Of a stretch of DNA of 64,000 nt, positions 8,301-17,429 are shown one piece after another (position 1 is the stretch's first letter; each line of letters begins with the position of its first letter). Source of the stretch: Elusimicrobiales bacterium. Its GTDB lineage: Bacteria > Elusimicrobiota > Elusimicrobia > Elusimicrobiales > UBA9959. The position numbers and the translations under genes were made by a program. The notes below the pieces were generated by a model that saw only the letters and a program-made list of their open reading frames with translations, did not search any database and was not told the DNA's origin. Location of the stretch: contig JBMFKQ010000001.1 in the NCBI GenBank assembly GCA_049972095.1, positions 19,319-83,318 on the forward strand, read 5' to 3'.

Positions 8301-9289
8301 GCAAAAATGATAATGGTAAAAATAATTCTGATCTTCCTTTAAATGCATGGTATTTTTTAAAGATAGTTGGAATAATTATTGGTATCTTGATCTTTACATA
8401 TATATCTTTTAGCTGGGTTATAGCATCTGCCATACACTCAAAAAATGAGGTTATTGTGCCAAATGTATCAGGCAAGTCCCCTTTAACTGCACTTGAGGAG
8501 CTTTCAAAACTTAACCTTGCTATGCAACTTGCAGGCAAGGAGTTTAACTCGACGATTGCTGTTGGAACGATTATTAGACAAAAACCTCAAGCCGGAATAA
8601 AGGTCAGAGAGGGAAGAATTGTAAAGGTAATTATTTCATATGGAGGTGAAGCTGTATTTGTGCCAAATGTTGTTGGAATACCTCTTAGAAATGCTGAGCT
8701 TTATCTCAGACAAAGACAACTGCTTCTTGGGCAGGTAAGTGAGGGTTATTCAAACAGGTTTCCCAAAGGCGTAGTGATCTCTCAACAACCTCAGGGAGAT
8801 ACTCAGGTAGAAAAAAATACATATGTCAATCTTCTTGTATCAGCTGGTTCTCCCCCTCCAGGCGTTTTACTTATGCCAGAGTTTAGGCAAAAGAATATCT
8901 CAGATTTCTATAGGTGGGTTGAGCAGAATAAAGATATAAACTACAGAATTGAAAAGGATTCAAACAGCATATTTCCTCAAGGCACTATAATAGATCAAAG
9001 TCTTGATGTTGATAGTGTTATATCTAATAATCAACCGCTTATCATAACGGTTAGTGACAACACCAAAGGATTAGAAGAGGATCAATTTCCTATCGTTTAT
9101 AATGTTTCAAGAAGTGGAGCTTCTAAAAATGTTAGGATAGTTGCTCTTACAGATGCTGGAGAAAAGGAGATATTCAGCGGTATAAAAGACCCCGGCTCAA
9201 GAATAGAGATCTCTGTTTCAAAGAAATCTGTTAAGAAGATCAGAATCTATGTAAATGGGATGCTTGTTAATGAAAAAACTGTTAAGTGA
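8297..9289 (+). CDS. single-pass membrane protein with three PASTA repeats and a C-terminal beta-rich domain (PrkC ectodomain-like, no kinase domain)
   Basis: 330 aa. Short cytoplasmic tail, TM helix (FLKIVGIIIGILIFTYISFSWVIA), then three ~65-aa repeats beginning VPNVSGKS, VPNVVGIP and LMPEFRQK, each ending in a G..V..G..V..(V/I)S pattern typical of PASTA. Confidence 0.75.
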   Translation: MSKNDNGKNNSDLPLNAWYFLKIVGIIIGILIFTYISFSWVIASAIHSKNEVIVPNVSGKSPLTALEELSKLNLAMQLAGKEFNSTIAVGTIIRQKPQAGIKVREGRIVKVIISYGGEAVFVPNVVGIPLRNAELYLRQRQLLLGQVSEGYSNRFPKGVVISQQPQGDTQVEKNTYVNLLVSAGSPPPGVLLMPEFRQKNISDFYRWVEQNKDINYRIEKDSNSIFPQGTIIDQSLDVDSVISNNQPLIITVSDNTKGLEEDQFPIVYNVSRSGASKNVRIVALTDAGEKEIFSGIKDPGSRIEISVSKKSVKKIRIYVNGMLVNEKTVK

Positions 9290-9292
9290 TTT

Positions 9293-9961
9293 ATGAGATT
9301 TCCTGATTTTAATAGCAATTTTATAGTTCCCTCTATACTTTCTGCTGATCTTTCAAATCTTGAGAAAGAGATAAAAAAGGTTGAGAATTATTCTGGTTGG
9401 ATACAGGTTGATGTAATGGATGGACATTTTGTTAAAAATTTAAGCTTTGGTCCTCATATCACATCATGTTTGAGAAGGATAACACATCTTCCTATTGATG
9501 TCCATCTTATGGTTGAAGATCCTGATATGTTTGTTGAAACATTTGCAAATACAGGGGTAAATATTATTAATGTTCATTTTGAATCAAAAACCTTTCTTTC
9601 GGCTATAAGGAAGATAAAAAGGATGAAACTTAAAGCTGGCATAGCCATAAACCCAAAAACACCAGTCTCAAAGGTATTTCCTTATTTAAATATGGTTGAT
9701 ATTGTTCTTATTATGACTGTTGAACCAGGATTTGGTGGTCAGAGTTTTATGTTTGATATGCTTAAAAAGATAAGGAATCTTAGAGAGTATATAACGGCTA
9801 AAAATATGAAGAAATATATTCAGGTTGATGGTGGCATAAATGAAGATACGATATTTTATGCTATGAATTCAGGTGCAAATTCTTTTGTTATGGGTTCAGC
9901 TATTTTTTCTAAAAAAAATCCATTTTTTATAAAAAAATTGTATAATTTGATCAACAGATGA
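9293..9961 (+). CDS. rpe: ribulose-phosphate 3-epimerase
   Basis: PSILSADLSNL, VDVMDGHFV.NLSFGP, VEPGFGGQ and QVDGGIN motifs. Confidence 0.95.
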   Translation: MRFPDFNSNFIVPSILSADLSNLEKEIKKVENYSGWIQVDVMDGHFVKNLSFGPHITSCLRRITHLPIDVHLMVEDPDMFVETFANTGVNIINVHFESKTFLSAIRKIKRMKLKAGIAINPKTPVSKVFPYLNMVDIVLIMTVEPGFGGQSFMFDMLKKIRNLREYITAKNMKKYIQVDGGINEDTIFYAMNSGANSFVMGSAIFSKKNPFFIKKLYNLINR

Positions 9962-10323
9962 AGAAAATACTTGTTGTTGACGATGAGGAGATGATAGTAA
10001 AGGTTTTAACTTTAAGGCTTTCTAATGATGGTTATAAAGTTTTTTCTGCTCTTGATGGTAATGAAGGGCTTGATATAGCAATAAAAGAAAAACCAGATCT
10101 TGCGATAATAGATATAGGACTTCCCAAGATTGAAGGCACAACTCTTTGTGAAATTCTTAAGAATGATAGAAGAACAGCAGATATAAAGGTTATAATTCTC
10201 ACAGGTAAAAAACTTGTTGGTGATATGGAGAAGGCTTTTGAAAAGGGTGCAGATGCTTATGTCTCAAAGCCTTATGAATATTCTCTGCTTCTTTCCAAGA
10301 TAAAAAAGCTGATTGGAAAATAG
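9958..10323 (+). CDS. stand-alone response-regulator receiver (CheY-like)
   Basis: 121 aa. ILVVDDE, DLAIIDIGLP (phospho-acceptor Asp), ILTG and VSKPY are the canonical receiver residues. Confidence 0.85.
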   Translation: MKKILVVDDEEMIVKVLTLRLSNDGYKVFSALDGNEGLDIAIKEKPDLAIIDIGLPKIEGTTLCEILKNDRRTADIKVIILTGKKLVGDMEKAFEKGADAYVSKPYEYSLLLSKIKKLIGK

Positions 10324-10343
10324 CATAAGTCAGTAAGTATTTA

Positions 10344-10352
10344 TGGTATAAT
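10344..10352 (+). promoter_or_regulatory. extended -10 promoter element (TGGTATAAT) upstream of rpsP operon
   Basis: TGnTATAAT match about 67 nt upstream of the rpsP ATG. GGGAGG SD at 10409-10414. Confidence 0.4.
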
Positions 10353-10418
10353 ATAATTTAGTTTACTTTGAGGTAGGATATTTGATTAGCAAGCTTATGC
10401 TTTTTTAAGGGAGGATAG

Positions 10419-10673
10419 ATGGCTGTTGTTTTAAGGTTCCAGCGTTATGGAAAAAAGGTTCAGCCAAGTTATAGGATTGTTGCTATAGAGAAAAGAAAAG
10501 GACCTAAAGGAAAACCTCTTGAGGTTATAGGTAGCTATAATCCAAAGGGACAGAAGCTTAGGGATAAAATAAGAGTAGATATTGAGAGATATGAGCACTG
10601 GCTTAAGGTTGGGGCAAAACCGAGCCCAACTCTTGAAAACCTTGTAAATAAACTTAAGGAGAACAAGGAGTAA
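10419..10673 (+). CDS. rpsP: 30S ribosomal protein S16
   Basis: MAVVLRFQRYGKK..PSYRIVA is the canonical S16 N-terminus. Confidence 0.95.
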   Translation: MAVVLRFQRYGKKVQPSYRIVAIEKRKGPKGKPLEVIGSYNPKGQKLRDKIRVDIERYEHWLKVGAKPSPTLENLVNKLKENKE

Positions 10674-10910
10674 ATGGATAGTCTTTTGGCCTATATAATA
10701 AAAGGGATATGTGAAAATTACCGTGAACTAAAATTGATGATGATTGAAGCTGATAATGATATAAGATTTAATATTAGCATACCAAGATCTCTTAGACACA
10801 GAATTATTGGGAAAGATGGTAAGGTGATTAGTTCAATTAGGGATTATCTCAAGGTTGTATCAAGAAAATTTCAAGGCAAAAAAATTTTCATCAATGTTAA
10901 TGAGATTTGA
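10674..10910 (+). CDS. KH-domain RNA-binding protein (YlqC/UPF0109 family)
   Basis: 78 aa. RIIGKDGKVISSIR (GxxG KH loop). Conserved position between rpsP and trmD. Confidence 0.8.
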   Translation: MDSLLAYIIKGICENYRELKLMMIEADNDIRFNISIPRSLRHRIIGKDGKVISSIRDYLKVVSRKFQGKKIFINVNEI

Positions 10911-11607
10911 TGTTGTAACATTGTTCCCTGAAATAGTTGATTACCCTTTAAGCTTTAGTATAATTGGAAGGGCGAGAAAGAAAGGGCTTGTGGAGATTGG
11001 TTTTGTAAATCCGAAAGAGTTTGCACAAGACAAACACAAAACCATTGATGATAAACCTTATGGTGGTGGCAGCGGGATGGTTTTGATTGCTGAGTTTGTG
11101 CTGAGGGCTATAAACAAAGTGAGAAGGAAAAAAAGTTATACTGTTCTCTTAACACCGAGAGGAAGGATATTTAATCAGCAGATAGCAAGGGAATATTCTT
11201 TAAAAAAACACATTATTCTTGTGTGTGGGCATTATGAGGGAATAGATGATAGAATAAGCTACTTTGTAGATGATGAGATTTCCATAGGTGATTTTGTGTT
11301 AAGTGGTGGTGAGATAGCTGCAGCATGTATTATTGACTGTGTAACAAGGCTTGTTAGAGGTGTCATAAAGGATGAATCAGTTAATGATGAGAGTTTTTCT
11401 TATGGGCTTCTTGAATATCCACAATATACAAGGCCTCGTGTATGGAGAGGTATTGCTGTGCCTAAGGTTCTTGTAAGTGGTGATCATAGAAGTATAGAGA
11501 TCTGGCGGTTTAGAAAGGCGTGTCAGATAACACAGAAAAGAAGGCCTGAACTCTATCAAAGATATATTCAAGAAAAAAACTTTTTAAAAAGGGGGAGTGA
11601 TGGATAG
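10900..11607 (+). CDS. trmD: tRNA (guanine37-N1)-methyltransferase
   Basis: [11 protein letters not shown] start, [18 protein letters not shown] and GDFVLSGGE motifs. The tracked start 10855 overlaps the KH gene and is rejected. Confidence 0.93.
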   Translation: MRFDVVTLFPEIVDYPLSFSIIGRARKKGLVEIGFVNPKEFAQDKHKTIDDKPYGGGSGMVLIAEFVLRAINKVRRKKSYTVLLTPRGRIFNQQIAREYSLKKHIILVCGHYEGIDDRISYFVDDEISIGDFVLSGGEIAAACIIDCVTRLVRGVIKDESVNDESFSYGLLEYPQYTRPRVWRGIAVPKVLVSGDHRSIEIWRFRKACQITQKRRPELYQRYIQEKNFLKRGSDG

Positions 11608-12022
11608 AATAAGAGAAATAATAAAAGATGAGATAAACACTGCTTTTAATTTCAGAGTTGGAGATATGGTTAGGGTCCATACCAAAGTGGTTGAGGGTGA
11701 GACAGAGAGAATTCAGGTTTTTGAAGGTGTAATAATAGCAATTCGTGGAAGTGGTGTTTCAAAAACATTCACTGTGAGAAAGATATCATATGGTATTGGT
11801 GTGGAGAGGATATTCCCAGTAAATTCTCCAAAAATAAAAGTAGAGCTTGTTAGGTCAAATAAGGTTAGAAGGGCAAAGCTTACATACCTTAGAGATCTTA
11901 AAGGAAAGGCTGCAAGGCTTAAGGAGCTTGGTATGGTTATTCAAGAAAACATTAATGAGACAACTCTTTCTGAGCAGGATAATACATCTCACGATCAAAA
12001 TTCTAAGCCCTCAAACAAATAA
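11600..12022 (+). CDS. rplS: 50S ribosomal protein L19 (with ~27-aa polar C-terminal tail)
   Basis: [48 protein letters not shown] and [10 protein letters not shown] motifs. Confidence 0.95.
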   Translation: MDRIREIIKDEINTAFNFRVGDMVRVHTKVVEGETERIQVFEGVIIAIRGSGVSKTFTVRKISYGIGVERIFPVNSPKIKVELVRSNKVRRAKLTYLRDLKGKAARLKELGMVIQENINETTLSEQDNTSHDQNSKPSNK

Positions 12023-12026
12023 GCTA

Positions 12027-12665
12027 ATGTTAGCGAATAAAAACTTTGACCTTGATATAATAAAAGCTTACTCGGGAAGAAATCTTATCGGAGTGGATGA
12101 GGCAGGCAGAGGTCCTCTTGCTGGGCCAGTTGTTTCATCTGCTTGTTTAATAAAGGACTATTTAAATCCTCTTATTTTGAAGATAAAAGACAGCAAAGGA
12201 TTATCCCAATCATCAAGAGAGAGATTGTTTAGAGAAATTTGTAGTTGTGGTGATATAGTTTTTTCATTTGCATATTCAACAAACACTGAGATAGATGATA
12301 TTAACATACTTAATGCATCATTGCTTTCAATGAAAAGGGCAGTTGAAAGGCTTATTAAAAGATGTGGTTTTCAATATTCTAGTGTTATTCTTATAGTTGA
12401 TGGAAATAAAAAGATTAAAGGACTTGAACTTGAGCAGATCTGTGTGGTTAAAGGGGATGAGAAAAGTGCTTGTGTTGGATGTGCAAGTATAATAGCAAAG
12501 ACTTTAAGGGATAGATGGATGAGTTATTATGATAGGCTTTATCCTCAGTATGGTTTTGCAAAGCATAAGGGATATCCGACAAAACTTCATATCAGAAATA
12601 TAGAAAAATATGGATTAAGCCCACTACACAGAACCTCATTTGCACCATGTAAGGTTAGGGTGTGA
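12027..12665 (+). CDS. rnhB: ribonuclease HII
   Basis: GVDEAGRGPLAGPVV catalytic motif, DSKGLS and HKGYPT. ATG 12027 lies just after the rplS stop. The long tracked extension from 11847 overlaps rplS and is rejected. Confidence 0.92.
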   Translation: MLANKNFDLDIIKAYSGRNLIGVDEAGRGPLAGPVVSSACLIKDYLNPLILKIKDSKGLSQSSRERLFREICSCGDIVFSFAYSTNTEIDDINILNASLLSMKRAVERLIKRCGFQYSSVILIVDGNKKIKGLELEQICVVKGDEKSACVGCASIIAKTLRDRWMSYYDRLYPQYGFAKHKGYPTKLHIRNIEKYGLSPLHRTSFAPCKVRV

Positions 12666-12667
12666 TA

Positions 12668-13036
12668 ATGAATAAAAAGGGTAGAGATTATGAGGATATG
12701 GCTTGTGAGTATCTTGTTAAAAAGGGCTTTAAGATAATTGATAAGAATTTTAATGTTCCACAGATTGGCGAGATAGATATAATCGCAAGGGATGGCAGTT
12801 GTATTGTTTTTGTTGAGGTTAGGGCAAGAAAAAAAGCATATTATCGGCCATATGAAACAGTTGATTTCAAAAAGATATCAAGAATAATAAAAGCATCTAT
12901 TTTTTATTTAAAAAAAAATTCAATCGACTCAACGCCTGTAAGATACGATGTAATCTCCATTGAAGAAGCTGATGATAGATTTGAGATTGAACATTTTGAA
13001 GGGGCATTTGAAAGTGATGGAAGATATACTTTATAA
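12668..13036 (+). CDS. yraN: YraN-family (UPF0102) endonuclease-like protein
   Basis: GEIDIIARDG..IVFVEVRAR and RYDVISI are typical of the YraN/PD-(D/E)XK-like family. Conserved position after rnhB. Confidence 0.8.
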   Translation: MNKKGRDYEDMACEYLVKKGFKIIDKNFNVPQIGEIDIIARDGSCIVFVEVRARKKAYYRPYETVDFKKISRIIKASIFYLKKNSIDSTPVRYDVISIEEADDRFEIEHFEGAFESDGRYTL

Positions 13037-13054
13037 GACCAGGGGAGGCGATTT

Positions 13055-13891
13055 ATGGAAGGCGAAAAGATGTATAAGAAGATTGTTGAGACAGCTGATT
13101 TTATTAAGAGAAAAATTGGTGATATAAAACCTAACTATCTTGTTATTATGGGAAGTGGGCTTAAAGATGCAATTCCAGAGCTTGAGGATATAAAAACGCT
13201 TTCTTATTCCGAAATTCCTAACTTTCCCCTTCCAAGCGTAAAAGGACATATTGGCGAGCTGATATATGGCAGATTCAAAGATAGAAATCTTGTTATTATG
13301 CGTGGAAGGTTTCATTATTATGAGGGATATTCAATAACCTTTTTATCTTTTCCCATAAGGCTTTTTAACTATCTTGGCGTCACAAAGCTTTTAGTAACAG
13401 CCGCTGTTGGTTCTCTTAAAAGGAGTATTAAACCCGGTGACATAATTATACTTTCAGATCATATAAATCTTATGAACACAAATCCGCTTATAGGAAACTA
13501 TCATGAAAAGTTTGGTGAGATGTTTGTTGATATGTCAGAACCATACAAAAAAGCAGCAATAAAAGAGATTGAAGATATTATGAAAAAGAGGAAAATGAGA
13601 GTAAAAAAGGGGGTTTATGTTGCTGTTAGTGGTCCATGTTATGAAACGGAGGCTGAGGCAAGGATGTATAGGATGATAGGTGGAGATGTAATTGGGATGT
13701 CTGTTGTTCCGGAGGTTATAAGTGCAAGACAGCTTAGAATGGATGTTTTTGGTGTTTGCTGGGTTTCAAACTATGTAGCTGGTATAGGGAATATGGCAAT
13801 ATCTCATGATGATGTCATAAAAATGGGTAATGAAGTTGGTAAAAAGATAAAGCTGATAATAGAGACTGTTATATTATGTGATAGGTTTTGA
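13055..13891 (+). CDS. punA: purine nucleoside phosphorylase (trimeric PNP/PunA family)
   Basis: LVIMGSGL, MRGRFHYYEGY, GPCYETEAE and GMSVVPE motifs. GGGGAGG SD at 13043-13049. Confidence 0.88.
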   Translation: MEGEKMYKKIVETADFIKRKIGDIKPNYLVIMGSGLKDAIPELEDIKTLSYSEIPNFPLPSVKGHIGELIYGRFKDRNLVIMRGRFHYYEGYSITFLSFPIRLFNYLGVTKLLVTAAVGSLKRSIKPGDIIILSDHINLMNTNPLIGNYHEKFGEMFVDMSEPYKKAAIKEIEDIMKKRKMRVKKGVYVAVSGPCYETEAEARMYRMIGGDVIGMSVVPEVISARQLRMDVFGVCWVSNYVAGIGNMAISHDDVIKMGNEVGKKIKLIIETVILCDRF

Positions 13892-13903
13892 GATGGAGCT
13901 TTT

Positions 13904-15214
13904 ATGAGGATCTTTGATATACTTATAAAAAAAAGGGATGGCAAACCACTTAATTATGATGATTTCAAGTTCATAGCTGAGGGTGCAAAGAATTCAACAA
14001 TTCCTGATTATCAGCTTTCGGCATTTCTTATGGCTGCTTTTATAAACGGCCTTGATGAAAGAGAAACATCATATCTTACAAAGGCAATGGCTTTTTCAGG
14101 TAAGAGGCTTGATCTTAGATCAATAAAAAAGCCAAAGGTTGATAAACACTCAACAGGTGGGGTTGGTGATGGTATATCACTTGCACTCGCTCCGATTGTT
14201 GCTTCATGTGGTATTTGTGTGCCGATGATGAGTGGAAGGGGGCTTGGGCATACTGGCGGAACTCTTGATAAACTTGAGTCAATAGCTGGTTTTAGGGTTA
14301 ATCTTTCTTATTCTCATATACTTAGACAGCTTAAAGCAATAGGTCTGTGTATGTTTGGTCAGACATCTGAGCTTGCTCCTGCAGATAGAAGGTTGTATGC
14401 TTTGAGGGATGTCACAAGGACTGTTGAGTCAATACCTCTTATAGTTGCAAGTATCCTATCAAAAAAGTATGCTGAAGATATTGATGCTCTTGTTTTGGAT
14501 GTTAAATTTGGCTCAGGTGCTTTTATGAAGGAGTATAGAAAAGCAAAAGAGCTTGCAATTCATCTTGTAAAAACTGCGAGAATGCTTGGGATAAAAGCAG
14601 TGGCTTTGATGAGTGATATGAATTATCCTATTGGAAGGGCAGTTGGAAACGCAATTGAAATGGAGCAGGCTATAAGGATACTCAAGGGTGAGCATATAGC
14701 AGATGATTTTGAAGAGCTTCTTTATACCCTTGCAGGCTATATGATATATTTGGCTAAAAAGGCAAAGAGCGTTAGTATGGGAATTGATATGGCTATTTCA
14801 TCTGTTAAAAGTGGTAAAGCGCTTGAAAAATTTAGGCAGATGGTTAAGTGGCAGATGGGTGATACAAGGGTTTGTGATAACCCATCAACATTTCTCCCAA
14901 AGGGAAGAATAGTATCTTATGTAAGGGCTAAACCTAACGGATATATAGAAAGGCTTGATGCTAAAGGTGTTGGTGTTGCATCATTATCTCTTGGTGTTGG
15001 AAGGTTAAAGGCCGAGGATAGTGTGGAGTATTCTGCAGGTATATGGTTTAATAAAAAATATGGTGATTATGTGAAAAGCGGTGATATAATAGCAACCATT
15101 TATGGCTCTGATCTCAGAAAGGTTAATGAGTGTAAGACTCTTATAGAAGCTTCAATCTCTGTTGGTAAAAAAAGGCCACCAAGATTTAGGCTTATAGGTG
15201 ATATAATTTATTAA
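13904..15214 (+). CDS. pdp: pyrimidine-nucleoside (thymidine) phosphorylase
   Basis: ILIKKRDG..L, DKHSTGGVGD, MSGRGLGHTGGTLDKLE and RRLYALRDVT motifs. Confidence 0.93.
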   Translation: MRIFDILIKKRDGKPLNYDDFKFIAEGAKNSTIPDYQLSAFLMAAFINGLDERETSYLTKAMAFSGKRLDLRSIKKPKVDKHSTGGVGDGISLALAPIVASCGICVPMMSGRGLGHTGGTLDKLESIAGFRVNLSYSHILRQLKAIGLCMFGQTSELAPADRRLYALRDVTRTVESIPLIVASILSKKYAEDIDALVLDVKFGSGAFMKEYRKAKELAIHLVKTARMLGIKAVALMSDMNYPIGRAVGNAIEMEQAIRILKGEHIADDFEELLYTLAGYMIYLAKKAKSVSMGIDMAISSVKSGKALEKFRQMVKWQMGDTRVCDNPSTFLPKGRIVSYVRAKPNGYIERLDAKGVGVASLSLGVGRLKAEDSVEYSAGIWFNKKYGDYVKSGDIIATIYGSDLRKVNECKTLIEASISVGKKRPPRFRLIGDIIY

Positions 15215-15225
15215 AAGGAGTTTTT

Positions 15226-15846
15226 ATGCTTTATGTCTCATCTCATCCTCTTGTAATGGATAAGATAAAAACGCTTAGAGATAAAAAAACATCACCTAAT
15301 GTTTTTAAAAGAACTATGAAAGAGCTTACAATTCTTTTAGGATATGAGGTTACATCGAATTTTCCAACAAAAGAGGTTAGCGTGAAAACACCTCTTGATA
15401 TTGCAAAGGCAAGAGTCGTTTCAAAGGAGATAACGATTGTTGGAATTTTAAGAGCTGGTTTAGCAATGATGGATGGTCTTTGTGAAATAATACCTTCTGC
15501 GAGACTTGCTCACATAGGTATCTATCGTGATGAGAAAACCCTTAGGCCTGTTAAGTACTATCTTAAGCTCCCCTCCAAGCTGAATGAAGGTATAGTTATA
15601 ATTGTAGATCCTATGCTTGCGACCGGTGGTTCAGCTGTTGAGGCTATAAACATAGTTAAATCTCACGGCTCAAAATTAATATATTTTGTCTGTGCTATAT
15701 CAGCTGAGTGTGGTATTAAGTTTGTAGAGAAGCATCACCCTGATGTGAAAATATACACTGGGTGTGTTGATAAAAGGCTCAACTCCAATGGATATATACT
15801 TCCTGGGCTTGGAGATGCAGGTGACAGGATGTTTGGAACATTTTAG
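15226..15846 (+). CDS. upp: uracil phosphoribosyltransferase
   Basis: ILRAGL.M, VIIVDPMLATGGS and YILPGLGDAGDR motifs. Confidence 0.95.
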   Translation: MLYVSSHPLVMDKIKTLRDKKTSPNVFKRTMKELTILLGYEVTSNFPTKEVSVKTPLDIAKARVVSKEITIVGILRAGLAMMDGLCEIIPSARLAHIGIYRDEKTLRPVKYYLKLPSKLNEGIVIIVDPMLATGGSAVEAINIVKSHGSKLIYFVCAISAECGIKFVEKHHPDVKIYTGCVDKRLNSNGYILPGLGDAGDRMFGTF

Positions 15847-15989
15847 CTGTTTAGTCTTAAAAGATTTACAAATTCAGAATCATATTTGTAATCTTATCCT
15901 TGCATCTACTTTATAATTTTCCTTTCCTTGAACTTTTAATAAGATTGTGCAACAAAAGATTTTTTTTAAAATTTGCTAAACTGATTTAT

Positions 15990-17429
15990 ATGTTTGTAGA
16001 GATTAGAAGACTTGGCTATGAAAGCGTAATCTATGGAATATCAACGGTTTTTACAAGGCTTATAAACTTCTTACTTGTTCCCCTCTATACTCATTATCTT
16101 CGCCCGGATGATTATGGGAGAATTGCAGCTGTTTTCTCACTTATAGCTTTTCTTAATGTCTTTTATACTCTTGGTCTTAATCAGGGATATATGAGATTTA
16201 AAAATAAAGAGAATCTATCAAGAATAATCAGCTTTCTTTCACTGTGGGGTTTTGGGCTATCTTTTGGTGTTATGGTTATGAACAATTTTTTCTCAGCTAT
16301 AAGTGGTATTGAAAAGGATTATTCAAGACTTATCTTTTATGCTGCTTTGATAGTTTATCTTGATATGCTTGTGGCCATTCCTCTTGCTGATCTTAGAATG
16401 GAGCACAAGGCATATTTTTTTGTTGCTGTGAGATCTTTTTCTATAGTTTTAAATGTTATACTCAACTTTTTATTTCTCAGATATACTGGTTATGGTATTG
16501 ATGGAGTTTTTTATGCAGCTATTTTATCATCACTTTCTCAAGTTGTTTTTCTTAAAGATTATCTTAAGCTCTTTACAATTAGGTTTAGTTTCTCATCAAT
16601 GAAGGAGATATTCTTGTATTCACTTCCTTATGTTCCATCATCTCTTAGTTCTGTTATTATTCAGCTTATAGACAGACCCATAATGATGCATTTTCTCTCC
16701 CCTTACTTTGTCGGACTTTATCAAGCAAATTTTCGCCTTGCTGTCTTTATGAATCTGATTGTTTCAATGTTTGATTTTGCATGGAGACCGTTTGTTATAG
16801 AAAGGGCTGAAAAAAGGGATTCTGTTTTGATTTTCAAAAAGGTTTTTGAGTATTTTTCTTTTGTTGTTATATATTTTTTTCTTATTATATCAGTTTTGAT
16901 AAAGAGCATAATAACCATACCTATTGGAAACACATATTTAATAAATCCAAACTACTGGTCTGCCAGCGATGTAATCCCAATTGTTATGATTGGCTATATC
17001 TTTCTTGGTTTCTATATATGTTTTATGGCATCAACTATAATAACGAAAAAGACTTTCTATTCAATGAATGCAAATTTGATCTCATCCTTGATTTCTGTAA
17101 TTCTCAACTTTTTGCTTATTCCCATTTACGGTATTTATGGTGCAGCCTATTCATTTGTTGCCTCAAATTTCATGCTTGCAGCATATATGTATTTTACCGG
17201 GGAGAGGATAATGAGAATTGGATACCCAATTTTTAAGGTGGCTATTCTTTTCATCTCAACAGTTTTACTCTATATAGTTATTGATAGATTGTCATATGGT
17301 TGCAGAGGGTTACAGATAAAGGTTTTTGCTATTCTTATCTGGCCATTTTTAGTTGGTGCTTTTGGCTATTTTGAGAAAAATGATGTTGAGCATCTTAAAA
17401 ATTGGCTTAGGAAAAAGATATTTGGTTGA
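15990..17429 (+). CDS. MOP-superfamily polysaccharide/lipid-linked oligosaccharide flippase (Wzx/MurJ-like)
   Basis: About 480 aa with ~14 hydrophobic helices. The N-terminus (GYESVIYGISTVFTRLINFLLVPLYT) is typical of the polysaccharide-biosynthesis flippase family. ATG 15990 is preferred over the tracked TTG 15900. Confidence 0.6.
   Translation: MFVEIRRLGYESVIYGISTVFTRLINFLLVPLYTHYLRPDDYGRIAAVFSLIAFLNVFYTLGLNQGYMRFKNKENLSRIISFLSLWGFGLSFGVMVMNNFFSAISGIEKDYSRLIFYAALIVYLDMLVAIPLADLRMEHKAYFFVAVRSFSIVLNVILNFLFLRYTGYGIDGVFYAAILSSLSQVVFLKDYLKLFTIRFSFSSMKEIFLYSLPYVPSSLSSVIIQLIDRPIMMHFLSPYFVGLYQANFRLAVFMNLIVSMFDFAWRPFVIERAEKRDSVLIFKKVFEYFSFVVIYFFLIISVLIKSIITIPIGNTYLINPNYWSASDVIPIVMIGYIFLGFYICFMASTIITKKTFYSMNANLISSLISVILNFLLIPIYGIYGAAYSFVASNFMLAAYMYFTGERIMRIGYPIFKVAILFISTVLLYIVIDRLSYGCRGLQIKVFAILIWPFLVGAFGYFEKNDVEHLKNWLRKKIFG

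Noticed and set aside
11847-12026. Long N-terminal extension of the RNase HII ORF overlapping rplS
   Set aside because: The extension overlaps the conserved L19 coding frame and has no RNase HII similarity. ATG 12027, just after the rplS stop, gives a normal-length RnhB.
15866-15891. Perfect 8-bp inverted repeat TTACAAAT-N10-ATTTGTAA after upp
   Set aside because: The stem is entirely A/T-rich with no following T-tract, so it is a weak terminator at best. It could be an operator, but nothing else supports that. In sequence this AT-rich, chance occurrence is plausible.
15900-15989. Tracked upstream extensions of several genes: flippase 15900, def 6760, trmD 10855, cutA 32447, rpsO 57636, groES 45140
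   Set aside because: The extensions lack family similarity and overlap upstream genes or SD sequences. In each case an internal ATG with a proper SD or a conserved N-terminus is available.
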